From Monocercomonoides exilis PA203 (Eukaryota; Protista; Preaxostyla), in NCBI GenBank assembly GCA_001643675.2, contig LSRY02000078.1, forward strand, positions 4,959-68,958: 64,000 nt of DNA, read 5' to 3'. Below are positions 11,205 through 23,920 of the stretch, in pieces. The notes under the pieces are model-generated. The model did not search any database, had not been told where the DNA came from, and was given only the letters and a program-made list of their open reading frames with translations. The position numbers and the translations under genes were made by a program. Every line of letters starts with the position of its first letter. Position 1 is the stretch's first letter.

Positions 11205-13379
11205 GTTTTTCTCTCAATGAGAAGAGAAGAAATTGAATGTTCGTTATTTTTTCTAATTAATAGACCTTATTTTGGTATCAAAGTGTTTTAAACATAAATT
11301 TACTAAACATCTTCGTCACATGCCTTCTGACGTGAACATTTTTGAGTGAAGTGACGTGACGGAATAAATTACTTCACTCATATTAAAAGTATTATTTTTT
11401 GACAAAAAAGTCAACACAGGCAATTATTAAATTTTATTTACAATTAATTTTTGATAACTTTGGAATTTATTATTATTATAATCGATTTTTCAACTGTTCA
11501 TTTTCAATTTTTTCATGAACATTGGGTTGAGTCGTGATCTTTTTTGCGGTGTAAATACCGCGGCACTTTCGTTACTACCGGTCACTGTCGGAATTTAAGT
11601 CAAGAAAGCATTTGGAAATTATTATTTATTTGTTTATCATGGATGCCTCACATGTGTTTGCCTTTTCATTGGATACAACGGGAAATCGTTTTGAGGATTG
11701 TTTTTAAATTTTTATATTTTAAACAACAGTATTTTATTGATTTTAATCAAAATAGTGTGAGCAATAATAAGAAACTGTGGAGATGTTAAACATACACAAG
11801 TGAAAGATGATCAAACTCGAAAAAGAAGAATACGGTGAATACACAAACTGTATTATTTAATTTATTTTTTCTTGAAATTTATCTATTTGAAATGCAATAT
11901 TTTATCACATGTTATTTTCATCCAAAGCAGAAAGAATTGGTTATTTCCAAATCAACTCTTGACGTCGTTAATCGTATATTGTTTATTGCATTTGCTCCTT
12001 TGTTTAATGGTAGAACTTCGAAAAAGGATTTGAACAGACTTTTGATGTGTCCATGTCAAAAGATTGTGTTGTTTGTGGATTGATGTATTGTAAGGACTAC
12101 TCTTTGATTTTTAATCACGAATGTGATCTAATTTTGAATAATCAGATCTCATTGTTATTTTCATAGAAGTCAAATTATTTAATACGTTCGGTTAATTCGA
12201 AGCCAAGTTATAGCTCTTCTGTTTCAACATTGACAGAAGAACTTGCTCTTTCTTTTAACAACATTGTTGCTCATAGGAATATCACTTTTCTTTCTGTTGA
12301 AATAAATTGCACAAAAGCTCTGAATATTGAGTTCTCAAACTCAAAACTTCAAAATTCATATGATCACATATCAACTCTTGATTCGAATCCTCAAGAGAAA
12401 ACAAAAGAATTTGAAGAACAATACGAAATCGATTATTTTGATGAACTATGTTTGTTTGGATTGATTCTAGCAGAAGAATAAGAAAAGGATGACGAATTTC
12501 AACATGAAAGCAATCAAGCGGATCTTGTCAATTGCAACTTGACAAGAAAAACTGCTCAGTGTGATGAAGTGTTGGATAGTTTGTTAATAGACATTACCAA
12601 AAAAAACACAATCTGAAGAAGATAATTCAAGAAATGCAAAAGAATCAGCGAACAATGAAGAAGACAATGAAAGTGAAAGCGAAAGCGATAGTGATGTGGA
12701 TTTCATTTGCAATGATACTCGATTCAGAAGAATTGAAGTGTGCAATATTTATTTGATAAATAAAACATCGAAAACACTTTGGGATAACACATTTTTGATT
12801 GGTGTGGAGAGATTGTGGCAAGTTTTTGAGTTTTATTTGATCACATGATGTTCGAAAGGCACAATAGAATTAAGTCTCAATGCATGAAGTTTTTTCAAGA
12901 ATTATCACTTATAAAAGAGAAAGATGAAGTCATTGAATAAAATGGTTACAATTTTTATTAAGATTAAAGTAATAACAGAGAAACATATTCAATATTTCCT
13001 AACATTGTTTTCAGCATAACAATATCTCCTTGCTGTGAATCATAATATGAGAGAATATTTTCAAATTGCTGTGTAATAATTGGAGATCATCACCACAATA
13101 TTTCAGACAGAACACTCAATGCTCTTCTTCGTCTTTAATATCTCATGGAAATAAATTTTTTCAGTTTTGAATCTGTTGAATCGATCATTTTGTTTGTCAC
13201 TTATTTATTTTCTTTCCTTTATCTCTCGACCTTAATAAAAAGCTGAAATATAGAACAAATTATAAATGTTTTTTGTATTGACAGAAAATTGAAGTTAATT
13301 AACTGAATATTGAATGAGCTGAAGCAAAAAGAAAAGGCGAAATATGTGATTTGAGGAGAATAGTATCGAACCTACATGG

Positions 13380-14050
13380 AGATGGAGCAGAGAATGCGTT
13401 TTTGGTGGGAGGCGGGGCGCTGGATGTGGAGGACAGTTGTATAGTGTTTAATTGTTTGGAGGCAGAGGTGGAAACAGAGTCATGCGATGAAGAAGAGTTT
13501 TAACTTTTGCATGCCACAGGCTTGGAGCTGCTGGTTAGTAATACTTACGTCGTGCTGCAGAATGAAGCGAATATGCTTTCTGAGACAGTGAATAAGGTGG
13601 TTCAAATGACATGCAAGTTTGTGAGAGTGAATCCATTGAATATTGGAGAGCCTGAAAGCAGGGGAGGCGGAGCTATGGCAGCGGATCTTTGAGCTGCGAA
13701 GTGACTGAAGTTGAACAGCTAAGCAGTATCAGGATGAACAACTTCAGTGTGCTTGCGCTCGGAGTTTTGTGGGTGATGAGAGTTTATGTATGTGGGGAGA
13801 GCTCGGGGAGCACGGAAGTGGAGGTGAAGCTGTTGGGGTTCAGCAAGAACGAGACGCGGTGGTGGAAGAATACGTATGTGCGGGAAGTAAGTCTGGGGGC
13901 AGTGGCGAAAAAGGAGCGGATGCTGTTTGGGTGGGAGATGTGGATGGGAGATTAGGATTCTGTGGAAGAAGAAGAAGAAGTACTTGCTGTTGATAAAGAT
14001 TTTTTGAGCAAAGGGACCGAAGATGATCTGGCTCTGCCTTTTGATTGGAA
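13380..14050 (+). pseudogene. Decayed fragment, probably of a surface/beta-helix-like gene family; mirror at about 48995..49665(-)
   Basis: GC-richer coding-like island with GGAL/GGGAM motifs; ORFs 13507..13692 and 13689..13955, multiple stops. Confidence 0.3.
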
Positions 14051-14224
14051 CAACTGAGCTGAGAGTCTTCAACGTCAGCTGCTGAACGGATGATGGAATG
14101 CTTTGTTATGCATTGTGTTTTTGGGATTCTCTTCAAATGATCATATGAATCTGTGTTTAAAGAATAAGCCTAAGAACTTGATGAAGACAAAAAGGTTTGC
14201 ATCTGAAGAAGATAACTGGAATTT

Positions 14225-15325
14225 TTAGAGGAATATCGAATAACATATGATTTGTGTGGCACACTGCACATGCTTCCCATCCATCAATTCCATCACGCGC
14301 GACAGAAACGGGTCAAACGGAAGAACAGTCGCACATAGAAGCTGAATCTTGCAGCTGGTCACTTCTCTCGCAAACATTGAGGAGGTGAACGACTCTTCCG
14401 TCTTCTTCAGAGAGAACATCGTTGACTGTGCGCGATTCTGTGTCTGTGATTGTGAATTAGATTGTGATTGCGAATGAGAATGTGCCTGTCCCTCTGCTTT
14501 GCCTGGTGAAACAAACAATCTTCCTGTGCTAGCTTTTGTCAGCATTGCCAAGTGCTTCGAGGAAGCAGAAGATGGCAGAAGACAATCGAGTCTGGCTGTG
14601 TTTCCATCTTCATCTGCAAAAAGAGGATAATCGGTGATTCTATTGTTTCTATCACTTCTGCTTCTTCCATTGCTGCTGCTGTTGTTGTCTTCACCAAGCA
14701 GAGAAAGCGAAGAAAGAGCAGCCTTCATAGACCAGAGAAGCGATGTCACTCCTCTCAACATTTTCACATCATTTGATGGGAGACACGGATAAAGCAAGGC
14801 AGCCGTGGTACGCGACGACTGCAGAACAAGAGGCCTTTCACGGAGTACTGAACGGCTTTTGGATGAGGATGAGGATAAAGAAGAATGCGACATTGAAAGA
14901 AAATGTGAAGCAGCACACTATTCTGTTAAAGAAGAAGAAGAAGAAAGTGAAGCGAATGCATTTGATATGCTTCTGATAGATGCTGGCTGTGTTGATAGAT
15001 GTGAAGGCGGTTTTTGAGTGTTGGTGAAATGAATTGACTCAGAAAAGGAATTTTCAATGAAAAATTTCATTTCCTTTTTATTCTCATTCTTTCTACCTTC
15101 TCCTTCCTCTTTTTTCTTCTTCCCAGATCTATTCTCACTCTCTCTATTTCTATTCTCTTCCTCTTCTCCCTCTTCTCCCTCTTCTGCTTCTTCTGCTTCT
15201 TCTCCAAATCTGCTATTTTCTCTGTTTTCCATTTCACTAAGCAAAATCAAGTCATCTTTATTTTCTTTTTCCTCTTCCTCATCATCATAATATCCTTCTC
15301 CTCTTCTTTCTTCATCAAAATTCAA
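14225..15325 (-). pseudogene. 3' part of a low-complexity Glu/Ser-rich hypothetical gene with an in-frame TAG; mirror at 47723..48820(+)
   Basis: ORF 14918..15325 and ORF 14225..14893 are in the same frame, separated by one TAG and 8 codons (TE*CAASHFLS-M). Confidence 0.45.
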
Positions 15326-17081
15326 ATTTCTTTCTCAATCTCCATTCCCAAGCTCCATTTCTCCTCCTCCTCCTCCTCCTCCTCCACTTCTTCTTCTTCT
15401 TCCTCTTCTTCCTCCTTCTTCACTCATCCTCTTCTCTTCCTTCCTATTCTTCCCCTTCTTCCCCTTCTTCCCCTTCCCTTTCTATTTCCCTCTCTCCTCT
15501 TTCCTCTGCCCATGGTCTGTCCGTGAAGGCGCTGAAGGAACAAAATCACGCTGCGGAAGAGGAGGCGGAGGAGGAACGTAATTCACACCAGAAACAGGAG
15601 CAGTGGTGTCGTTGGAGAGGTGGAGAGGGCTGAGTGCAGTAGGGATGCGCTGAGTGTAGCTGGGGATGAGGAGAAGGAGAAGGAGGAGAAGGAGAAGGTG
15701 AGGAGAGGAGGAGAAGGTGAGGAGAGGAGGAGAAGAGGAAGAGGAAAAGGAAAAGGAGATGAAAAAGATAGAGAAGAGAAGAGAAGAAGAGAGAAGAGAG
15801 AAGATGAGAAGATGAGAAGATGAGAAGAGAAATAGAAATATTGAAGAAAATACTATAATAGAGGAGAGAAATCAACAGAACATTGTGAAGGAAAGCGTTA
15901 TGCATTGAAACTTTCATTAATAAATAAACTCACACACACGTTTTTTTGAAGCAACACAAATACGAAGAAATGGAAATAAATTGGTCAAAGAGAGAAAGAA
16001 AAAAAAGAATTATATATAATTACATATAAACAAAGAGAAAGAGAAAGAGAAAGAGAGAAGGAGAAAATAAATATGACATGGATTAGTTAAAAAAAGAAAT
16101 AGAGAAAGACGATTAATTTGACACAAACGTGTTGCTGTTGCTTTCTCGAAAGCAGTCTTTGTTGAGCAGCCGATACACTTTGCTCCATACTCAATGGCTC
16201 TGCTATCAGCTCTTCTATTTCCTTTGATAAACTGGATGCAACTTCTTCTAAATGCTGAAGGAGAAAGAAGAAGAAGAAGAAGAAGAAGAAAAAGAAGAAG
16301 AGGAAGAAGAAGAAGAAGAGGAAGAAGAAGAAAAAGAAGAAGAAGAAGAGAAAGAAAAGACTGCAAAAGATGAAGATAAAGATAAAGATAAATTCAAATT
16401 AAAAAAGGGATGAAGAAAATCAAAAATGTCATGCGAATAGCTGTGACGTTCACTAACTTTTTATTTGTTCAAAGAAAAAACTATCACAAAGGAGAAGGGT
16501 AACGGAAAAATGAAAAAAAAAAACAAATAAAAAACTTAATAGACTTAAATTGAAATGAACTTTTAATTCAGATCAGATTGTTTTTAAACATTTTCATAAA
16601 AGAATTTTTTTATTCATATTCATTGAAATTAATTCTCTCAAGTCAATTTATTTCCGAACAACATATCAAACAAATATTTATTTGTGAAAATAAACAATCG
16701 TAAAATAAAAAGGAAAGAATTTTCTTTAACGAATTGCAAAAATGCAAAATAAAAATTTAGATAATTTTTGACGATCAGAAATAACTTGTTAAACATGAAA
16801 AATCACTTAGATTTTAAGCCTTTGAAAAATGATTAATTATAAAAATGTGAAAATGAAAACATAACTTCAAAAACATTGATAAACGAATTGAAGAATATTG
16901 ATATTCATTTGCATTGAATTATATGGCTTCTGTCAAAGCGTTAATAGAAATTTAATAAAATAAGATTAAATTAAGGTTTGTTTGAAGAAAATCAATCTTT
17001 CTGAACAATCAAATATGTTTCAAATATTAGGTGATTATTTGTGTTCAATAAATAATTAATATCAATAAGTTTGTTTTTGTC

Positions 17082-17107
17082 AAAAAAAAAAAAAAAAAAA
17101 AAAAAAA
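17082..17107. repeat. Poly(A) tract, A26; T24 at 45952..45975 in the right arm
   Basis: Direct read of the sequence. Confidence 0.95.
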
Positions 17108-17645
17108 CGGTGTCGGGCACTAACTGATGCGAGCCCACTTTTTAAAAGGTGACTCAGATGTTTAAAATTTACAATCAACAATTATATATATGGGTCATTC
17201 TTTTGAAAAGTCACCACAGATCAATAATTTGACCCATGAAAGTTTAACAATAAACTTTCCTTCACAATTATACTGGGGAAAAATAAAAATTTCACAATAA
17301 TGTGTGCTAGTTCGAAACAAACATCTTTACAAGAAAAAACGATTTGGATCAAAAAACAATATATTCAATATTTTGAAAATAGTGAAAATATCAGTTTTTC
17401 AATGTGAAAAGGGTTTTATTGCTTGAACTATTTAGCAATTGTTGATCCATAAATGTTCAAGGGTTTTACCGATTTAATTTCATCAAAAAATTGAGATTCG
17501 TTGATAAATAAAATTCTTATTTGATTGAAATTTTTCATTGCACAGAATGTGCCTGGAATTTTAATAGATGCATAGTTTTCTTCCACAAGTTTGATAAAGA
17601 TGAAAAACATACATATCAAAATGTTTTCATTCAGCTTTTATTTGA

Positions 17646-18545
17646 ATGTTTTATTTATTAATTCAAATAAAATTATTCATTTTTTTAGCTTGGCAAATTC
17701 GCAGTACTAACAGAGAACATGACAAGAAAGAAATGGTAATCTGGGGAGTCACAACAGAATTGTTTGTTGGGGAAGAAGAACTTCTGCTGAGGGTTATGAG
17801 ATACCAGAACGAGACGATATTTGTGTCTTCTGTTTCTGAAAATCACACAGACAGCAAGCAATGTGGAGAATTCAATGCGCCATGCCACTCATTGAATGTG
17901 GGAGTTTAGCACATCATTCCATCACGTTATTCGCAACTGCTGATATCAGAGGAGACGATCATCAATAGGGAATGTGATGTACATGATGTGATCATCCGCT
18001 CACTAGAATCTCCCTCAGTTGCTTTGGTTCATCTGAACTCCACAATAACCAACGAGGGAAGTCTTATCACAACCTCAGAGAAAGTTCGTATCGAAAGTGT
18101 TAAGTTTTCCTTTGGCAAATTGTTTTCTTATTCTGGAAGTTCTATCATTCATGAAGCAAATGGACAGCTTTCTCTTTCAATTGTTGATTTCTCTTTAGTT
18201 GTGGAGTCAAACAGCATTCCATCTGTTACTCTCAATTCAACATTATTGAGCATCGAAAATGGAATTATGCATGTTAACAACTGCTCAATATCAATGATTT
18301 CATTCAAGAAACCTTCATTTCTGCTAAATGGAGATGAGATTAACATCACAAATTTCAAACTGGAACAGATTGAATCAACGTCAAATGTATTTGAGATTGG
18401 TCATTGCAAAGAAGTTGCATTTAATTGTGTTGTGGCTGATGAAGTGAAGCTGTCTGATTGCTGTATCATTTCCATGAACGAAAAAACTTCAGGAGCAACC
18501 TCTTTTGTTAATTCATCATTCAACAACTGTTCGAGGAATTCGTAA
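17646..18545 (+). pseudogene. Fragment of a Cys-motif / parallel beta-helix-like surface protein family
   Basis: IFVSSVSENHTDSKQCGEFNAPCHSLNVGV*HIIPSRYSQLLI continues in frame across the TAG at 17907-17909 into ORF 17988..18545, which has beta-helix-type repeats (VNNCSI, FVNSSFNNCS). It ends at TAA before low-complexity DNA. Confidence 0.65.
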
Positions 18546-18760
18546 GGAGCTTCTTTTCTAATATTGTCTTTTCCTCCTATTCTTCCTCTTCCTCTTCCTC
18601 TTCTTCTTCCTCTTCCTCCTCTTCCATTTCTTCCTCTTCCTCCTCTTCTTCTTACTCTTCTCCTTCTCCTCTTTCTTCTCCTTCTGATTCATTATGCATT
18701 CCAATTTTAGACCTTTTCATATCTATTTGTTCAAAACAACATTTCCTTCTTCTTCTTCTT

Positions 18761-18907
18761 CTTCTTCACCTTCTTCACCTTCTTCACCTTCTTCACCTTC
18801 TTCACCTTCTTCTTCACCTTCTTCACCTTCTTCACCTTCTTCACCTTCTTCACCTTCTTCACCTTCTTCACCTTCTTCACCTTCTTCACCTTCTTCACCT
18901 TCTTCAC
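18761..18907. repeat. 9-bp tandem repeat (CTTCTTCAC)n, about 16 units; mirror at about 44150..44288
   Basis: Direct read. It accounts for the SSP/KKV repeat ORFs. Confidence 0.95.
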
Positions 18908-19823
18908 TATTATTTGCTCAGAAATAAGCAAAAAGAAAACAAAACATTTTCAATGTTGACTACATATTTGTTAATTTCAAAGAATTTTTTGAAAGAAATT
19001 TGTTGTAAAAAGAAACAGGAAATGGTTGGAAAATGAGGTTAGTAGATAAAGCAAAATCAAATTTTGAAGAAAAATTGAGAATACAAAAATCGATTAATAA
19101 AGAATAAAAGAGAAAAAGGAGAAAGAAGGTTTAGAGGAAAAAGAAGAATACGATATGGATAATGTCAATACCAATGAAGAATTTGGTAAGGCTTCGCTAT
19201 TAACTTCCTCAGCTTCTCCATCGTCTGCAGAAACTGCACCACTCATCGCCCATCCTCTAGAGAAAGACCAAAGAAGGAAACTATTTTTGAGTTGTTCATT
19301 CACAGCTTCAGTTCCAACAGCACTCCTGGCAGCCGCACAAGTGTGGGAACAACGTCTACCGCCCTTCTTTCTTCTCTTTCACCAACAGAACAATCTACAC
19401 ATGTAGCTTCAGCACAAACCATTCCCACGTCACCTTCGATACTGTGTTTAACTCCTACTCCAAATTGACCGACTCCATCTTGCTGCCTTCACAATCACAT
19501 AATTCAAAGACTGCTCAAAAGGCTGTAAATTGTCAGCTTCGTCGCAAACATCCGGAAGCTGCTTCTTCCCTGAAGTTATTCAGTAAAAACGATGGAAACA
19601 CAGATAATTCGGAAAATTTCTCTACCGACTTTATTCCCTCAAACAACAAAAAAACACTTTCATCTTTTCTCTTACACCCCTTCTAACACCATTCAATTAC
19701 CAGGAAAACTCCAATTCACCTCAAGTTTACTCTTTCCGCACAAATTTCTCAAACAGTTCCATCTCTGCAAAGTCCTTCTGGAACAGTTCTTCCCCATACA
19801 TCCCCACCCACATCATCGCCTAG

Positions 19824-22250
19824 TTATTCTTCTGCACCGCTTGCTTCTCCCCCAGCCACATGTACGCAAAGTCCCCAAACTCCTGCCTCTGCACGCCCAC
19901 CCCCATTCAAAGATCTGCTGAAATAATGTTTCCGCATCACCCACGGATCCTCGACAGCTTCCGAATTAGCTACGACTGCAGCCCTGTCTCCAGCGGTATC
20001 GGCGACTGCTGCATCAGCACATGCAACCGCTGCGAGTGTGGAACCCGAAGCACATGTGCTGATTAAAACGTTTCTTGTTCCAGCGACCCAGACACTGCAC
20101 TCATCTATAACTCCTCGCCATCGACACCGCCTACAAAGGCACCCCATTTGCCCCAGACAGCCCAACCCCGTTCCACCACGCGAAGTCACTGGACACTCCA
20201 ACTCTTCCCGGTCTCGGCTGTCTGTCGTCTGCTCAAGAAGCATGTACAGCCACTGCACAACAGTCGCCTTCCCTGCCCCTGCCCCTGCCTCTGCCCCAGC
20301 TGGGATCCAGTCCTCCAGCTCTCTCTTCGGATTGTTGTGCAGCGACAGCTGAATCCCATACAGCGCGCTTGCATCTTTTTCTTCTGCCTTTTCCACCTCC
20401 TCTGCCTCCTCGTATTCTCCCCCTCCGCTTCTGCTCCTCCTCCTCCTCCTCCCCGCCCCATCCCTCCCTCTCCCCCCTTTCTGCTCTGTCCTTTCTTCTC
20501 TGCTCTCTCCAAAGTCCACTTGCACCACATTCTCTTCTAGCTTCTTCACTGAACCAGGCATTCATAAAGCAATATCTTCATTCGAAGCTTAAATATTCAT
20601 CTACTCCTGCTTCTTTTGAGCAACAGACATCTGCTGCTTTGCAATCACCTCATTGAACAGTCCCTTCTTCTCGCATATAGTCTTTATGTGCACATTCAAC
20701 AGCGCAATCAGCATCTTCGTTTCCTTTTCCATCTTGTTCATCTTCGACCGCACTGTTGCATCCACTCCTCCTTCATAGCCAATACAAACACCACCACCAC
20801 CATTTGTCCCAACGCCTTTCTTCTCTGATCTCTTACTAATCCCAGATCTCGTTCCCTTACTTCTACCACCTCATACACTATCGTTGTTTGCTTTACTCAC
20901 AATACTCACTCCGCTCCTCGCTTTTGCAACAACCCCCTTCCTGCTCGGGTCTGGCCCAACTACCACAATGCTGCCATCCCCGATGCTCGCTGCAAACTTC
21001 TCCTGGCACTTTTCACACAGCCCCGACGGAAGGATCAACGAAGCCTTAGACAGAATTATTTGTCCACATGCATACATTAATAAAGAAAACGTAGAAAGGG
21101 AAACTTCAATTTCCTGCATCGACCCCTTGCTGTTCCAACTCACCACAACGACCTGCTGTGCGCATCGATTCTTCACTTCTCAATCCTCATATAAATCAGT
21201 TCCACCTTCTCCTTCATCGTCACCAGATGCTCCTTCACCTCCTTCACCTCTGAGTTGTGCTTCTCGCTCAGCTCCAGAATCTTTCCGATTCATCCAGATG
21301 ATATTGGCCTTCTCCTTCATCTGCTCTGTCAGCCAGCTCATCTGATTTGCCTTTTTTCCTTTTTAAACTTCTTCTTCTTCTTCTTTTCTTTCATCCAGCA
21401 AATGCAGCACTATCACTGCAGGCGACAGAACCACATCTTCCATCCTTCATCCTTCATCCTCTTCACCACACCCTCCACGTCTTCTACACAATCTCTCACA
21501 CTTGGCGCACTTCAACCATTCCCCTCCTCATTTTGCTCTCCAGCTTCGTCGCTCCCATTCTTCGATTGCTTCTATCGGTTCTACAGCCATTCAATGGCCA
21601 ATGAAGCCAGCGATGGATCAGGCGGATTGCAGATTGGCAGGAACGCAACCACATCAACCGCTGTTAATAACTGCTTCTTCGACGAATTCTTTCTCGGCAA
21701 GTCCTCAAGAAACGGGAGAAGAGCAAGAAGTGGAATGGAAAGCATCACGCATTGAGCGGACACAGCACGTTCTGTTCAGCAGAGCGCAGCAAGCCAACAT
21801 TGAAACCTCGCGGCATGTGCAACATCCACAGCAACAGGAGCAGCGACAGCTTCATAACCATGCAGCTTTCGCAGCTCAGCTGCTTTCTTCACAACTATCC
21901 GTAGCCACCTCTCAATTTCGTTCGTCGCTGCTGCCGACATGTATGACGCCTCCACTGACGATGCATCCGAAGGAACAACCGCAGGCGCTGATGACGAAGG
22001 CAAAGATGAAGATGATTTATCATCTCCTGCAGCTTTCTTCTCCTTGTTTCTCCTTCTCCAGAATGGAGAAACTGACTGGAGAGCTGCTCCAGTTTAATAA
22101 GATAAAGAATTTTAATGGCGATGAGAAAAGAGGCAACTGCATCGTTGCACTTCCCACAAAAGGCTTTTTGATACAACTCATCACACAAAATTGCAGCGCC
22201 TTTTGTGTCACAAGCGCAAAGTCCATGTTCAAATTATAAATTTCAATCAT
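19824..22250 (-). pseudogene. Fragmented large hypothetical gene, strand tentative; mirror at about 40807..43233(+)
   Basis: GC-richer island with a chain of minus-strand ORFs (22020..22250, 21776..22003, 21581..21763, 20871..21176, 19824..20561) and helical-looking segments such as EIERWLRIVVKKAAELRKLHG. No domain recognised. Confidence 0.3.
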
Positions 22251-23103
22251 CGCCGAAATCTCATCTATTTTGATTTGATGGAAAAGAAGGAACAGAATTT
22301 CTTTTGGAAGGGAATTGAAATGAGAACAAAAAGATAAGCAAAAAAGAAAATGAAAAGTTGAAAACTATTTAAGATATGATTCATGATTTGATTCAAAACA
22401 TGGGATACCATTTCAATTAAGAATTTCATATATAAGTACATTTAATTTTGAGAAATTTCATGTTATTCTACATTTATTTTTTATAACATTTTCAATTGAT
22501 CAATATTAACAACTTTTTGAATTTCTTTTAATTTCAATGAGGACGGCATCGATGAAATTTTCCTGTTTAAAAATTTTTTTTCAAAATACTCAAATTAAAG
22601 CAAATTAAAATCTATTTGTTTTATAAAATAGGAAAAGAATAATTGTGGAGTCAAAATTCAAAAATTCAAATGTTTATATGAACAGTTGAAATGAAAACAA
22701 AGAAATATGAACAAATTATTAAGTTGCTACAAAATACAAGAAAAACAAAATTTAATAATATTGATATGATTTGACAGTGAAAATAATATGTGAAATCAGT
22801 TTTTTTGAAACGTAATATTCGGGGATATGGTGACAAAACTGAAAAGATTAATACTCAGCAATATATGATGGTAAAGAATGATCGACATTTAATGATCATT
22901 TTTGATCTTAATTTCAGATCAGTTAAATGTTTGCGACTTTTCATAAAAGAATGACCCATATTTGATAAAAATCTTGTTATGCTTTTATATTTTTTCAATG
23001 TGAGTTTTCGAAAATTGTGTGCGTTCATTTTATTTTTAAAGTTTTCAACAGATCTTATTTTATTCTTTTTCAAGAACGTTGTTTTACAGTTTATACCTAA
23101 AGA

Positions 23104-23348
23104 TATGAGTAATTTATTTCGAAAAGTCGCAAATGTTTAATTTTTATATTAAACAAAAATTTCATATTTTGATCAAATTTCTGTTCCTGCTCACGAATCT
23201 TCTTAAGAAAGTATGAAATAGCATTATCAAGAAATAGATTACATATTTATGAAGTTTGGTGTATGTCAACAATATTTTGAGAAAAATTAGAAAATTTTTA
23301 TTTATTTGAAAATTTAACATTTGCGACTTTTCAAAAGAATTACCCATA
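23104..23348. mobile_element. Degenerate ~245-bp MITE-like element with TATG(A/G)GTAATT..GAAAAGTCGCAAATGTT inverted ends; mirror at 39707..39952
   Basis: 23104 TATGAGTAATTTATTTCGAAAAGTCGCAAATGTTTA matches the reverse complement of the end at 23348, TATGGGTAATTCTTTTGAAAAGTCGCAAATGTTAA. Further copies of the motif at about 22930-22960(-) and 17188-17213(+). Confidence 0.55.
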
Positions 23349-23919
23349 AAAAAGAAATAATAAAAAAAAATAAAATAAAAAATCAACCTTATAGTTGTAA
23401 TTTTTAAAAAAATTATTCTTCATCATTAAACCGTTCAATTTACATTAATGTTAATTTTTTGTGACACGGAAAAATCTATCACGTCCGTTAAAAGTCAAAA
23501 AGTTCACATCAGAAGTCAGCACGCCACCCCAGGCTATTTAAAAGTGCACTCTGTAATTAGAAATTTCAGATCCCAAAAAAAAGAGTGCTTTATTAATTAT
23601 TGTTTCGAAATGTTTTGAGCATTATTCATTAAAACAAAAGTGTTCAATGTTTTGTAACATTTCACACAATAAATTAATAATGCAAAAAATAATAATGCAC
23701 AAAAAATTATTACTTTCCTTGTTTTGTTTCGGAACATGATGATTTTTGTTTCAATAAAAAAATTTAATTTATTTTTTGGAAAATAATGATTTCAAAAAAA
23801 AGTTCTACATTAAAGAAAACTACAACGTTCGTATATGTGATAAAAGGAATGATTAAAATGAAATTATACAAACAGACAGACTGACTGACTGACTGACAAA
23901 GAGAAAGAGAAAGAGAGAT

Positions 23920-23920
<1 letters not shown>

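Larger units (their letters stand above)
7018..11380 (+). mobile_element. Decayed DIRS1-like tyrosine-recombinase retrotransposon, ~4.36 kb
   Basis: Domain order is gag-like region, RT, RNase H, methyltransferase-like, YR. Degenerate inverted termini: 7018..7050 matches the reverse complement of 11348..11380 at 24/33 ungapped positions, then shares TCAAAAATG..TTCAC. Confidence 0.9.

Noticed and set aside
11546-11561. Hairpin GCGGT-GTAAAT-ACCGC as a Helitron 3' end
   Set aside because: No CTRR terminus at the expected distance and only a 5-bp stem.
11800-13250. Short AT-rich ORFs (11835..12083, 12230..12481) as a transposase remnant
   Set aside because: No catalytic or family motif recognised; left unannotated.
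6071-19406. Alternative genetic code (TAA/TAG = Gln, known in some oxymonads), suggested by in-frame TAR codons joining ORFs at 6071, 9782, 10761, 14918, 17907 and 19404
   Set aside because: The ~780-codon GTPase has many CAA/CAG codons, no internal TAR, and ends at TAA before non-coding DNA. The TAR-containing regions also have frameshifts and TGA stops, so ordinary pseudogene decay explains them.
1898-20837. RIP-like CpA>TpA mutation of the duplicated DNA (arm SNPs near 1898, 4704, 20538 and 20837 fit this context)
   Set aside because: About as many transitions occur in other contexts, plus transversions. The count is too small and the overall density far below what RIP would give.
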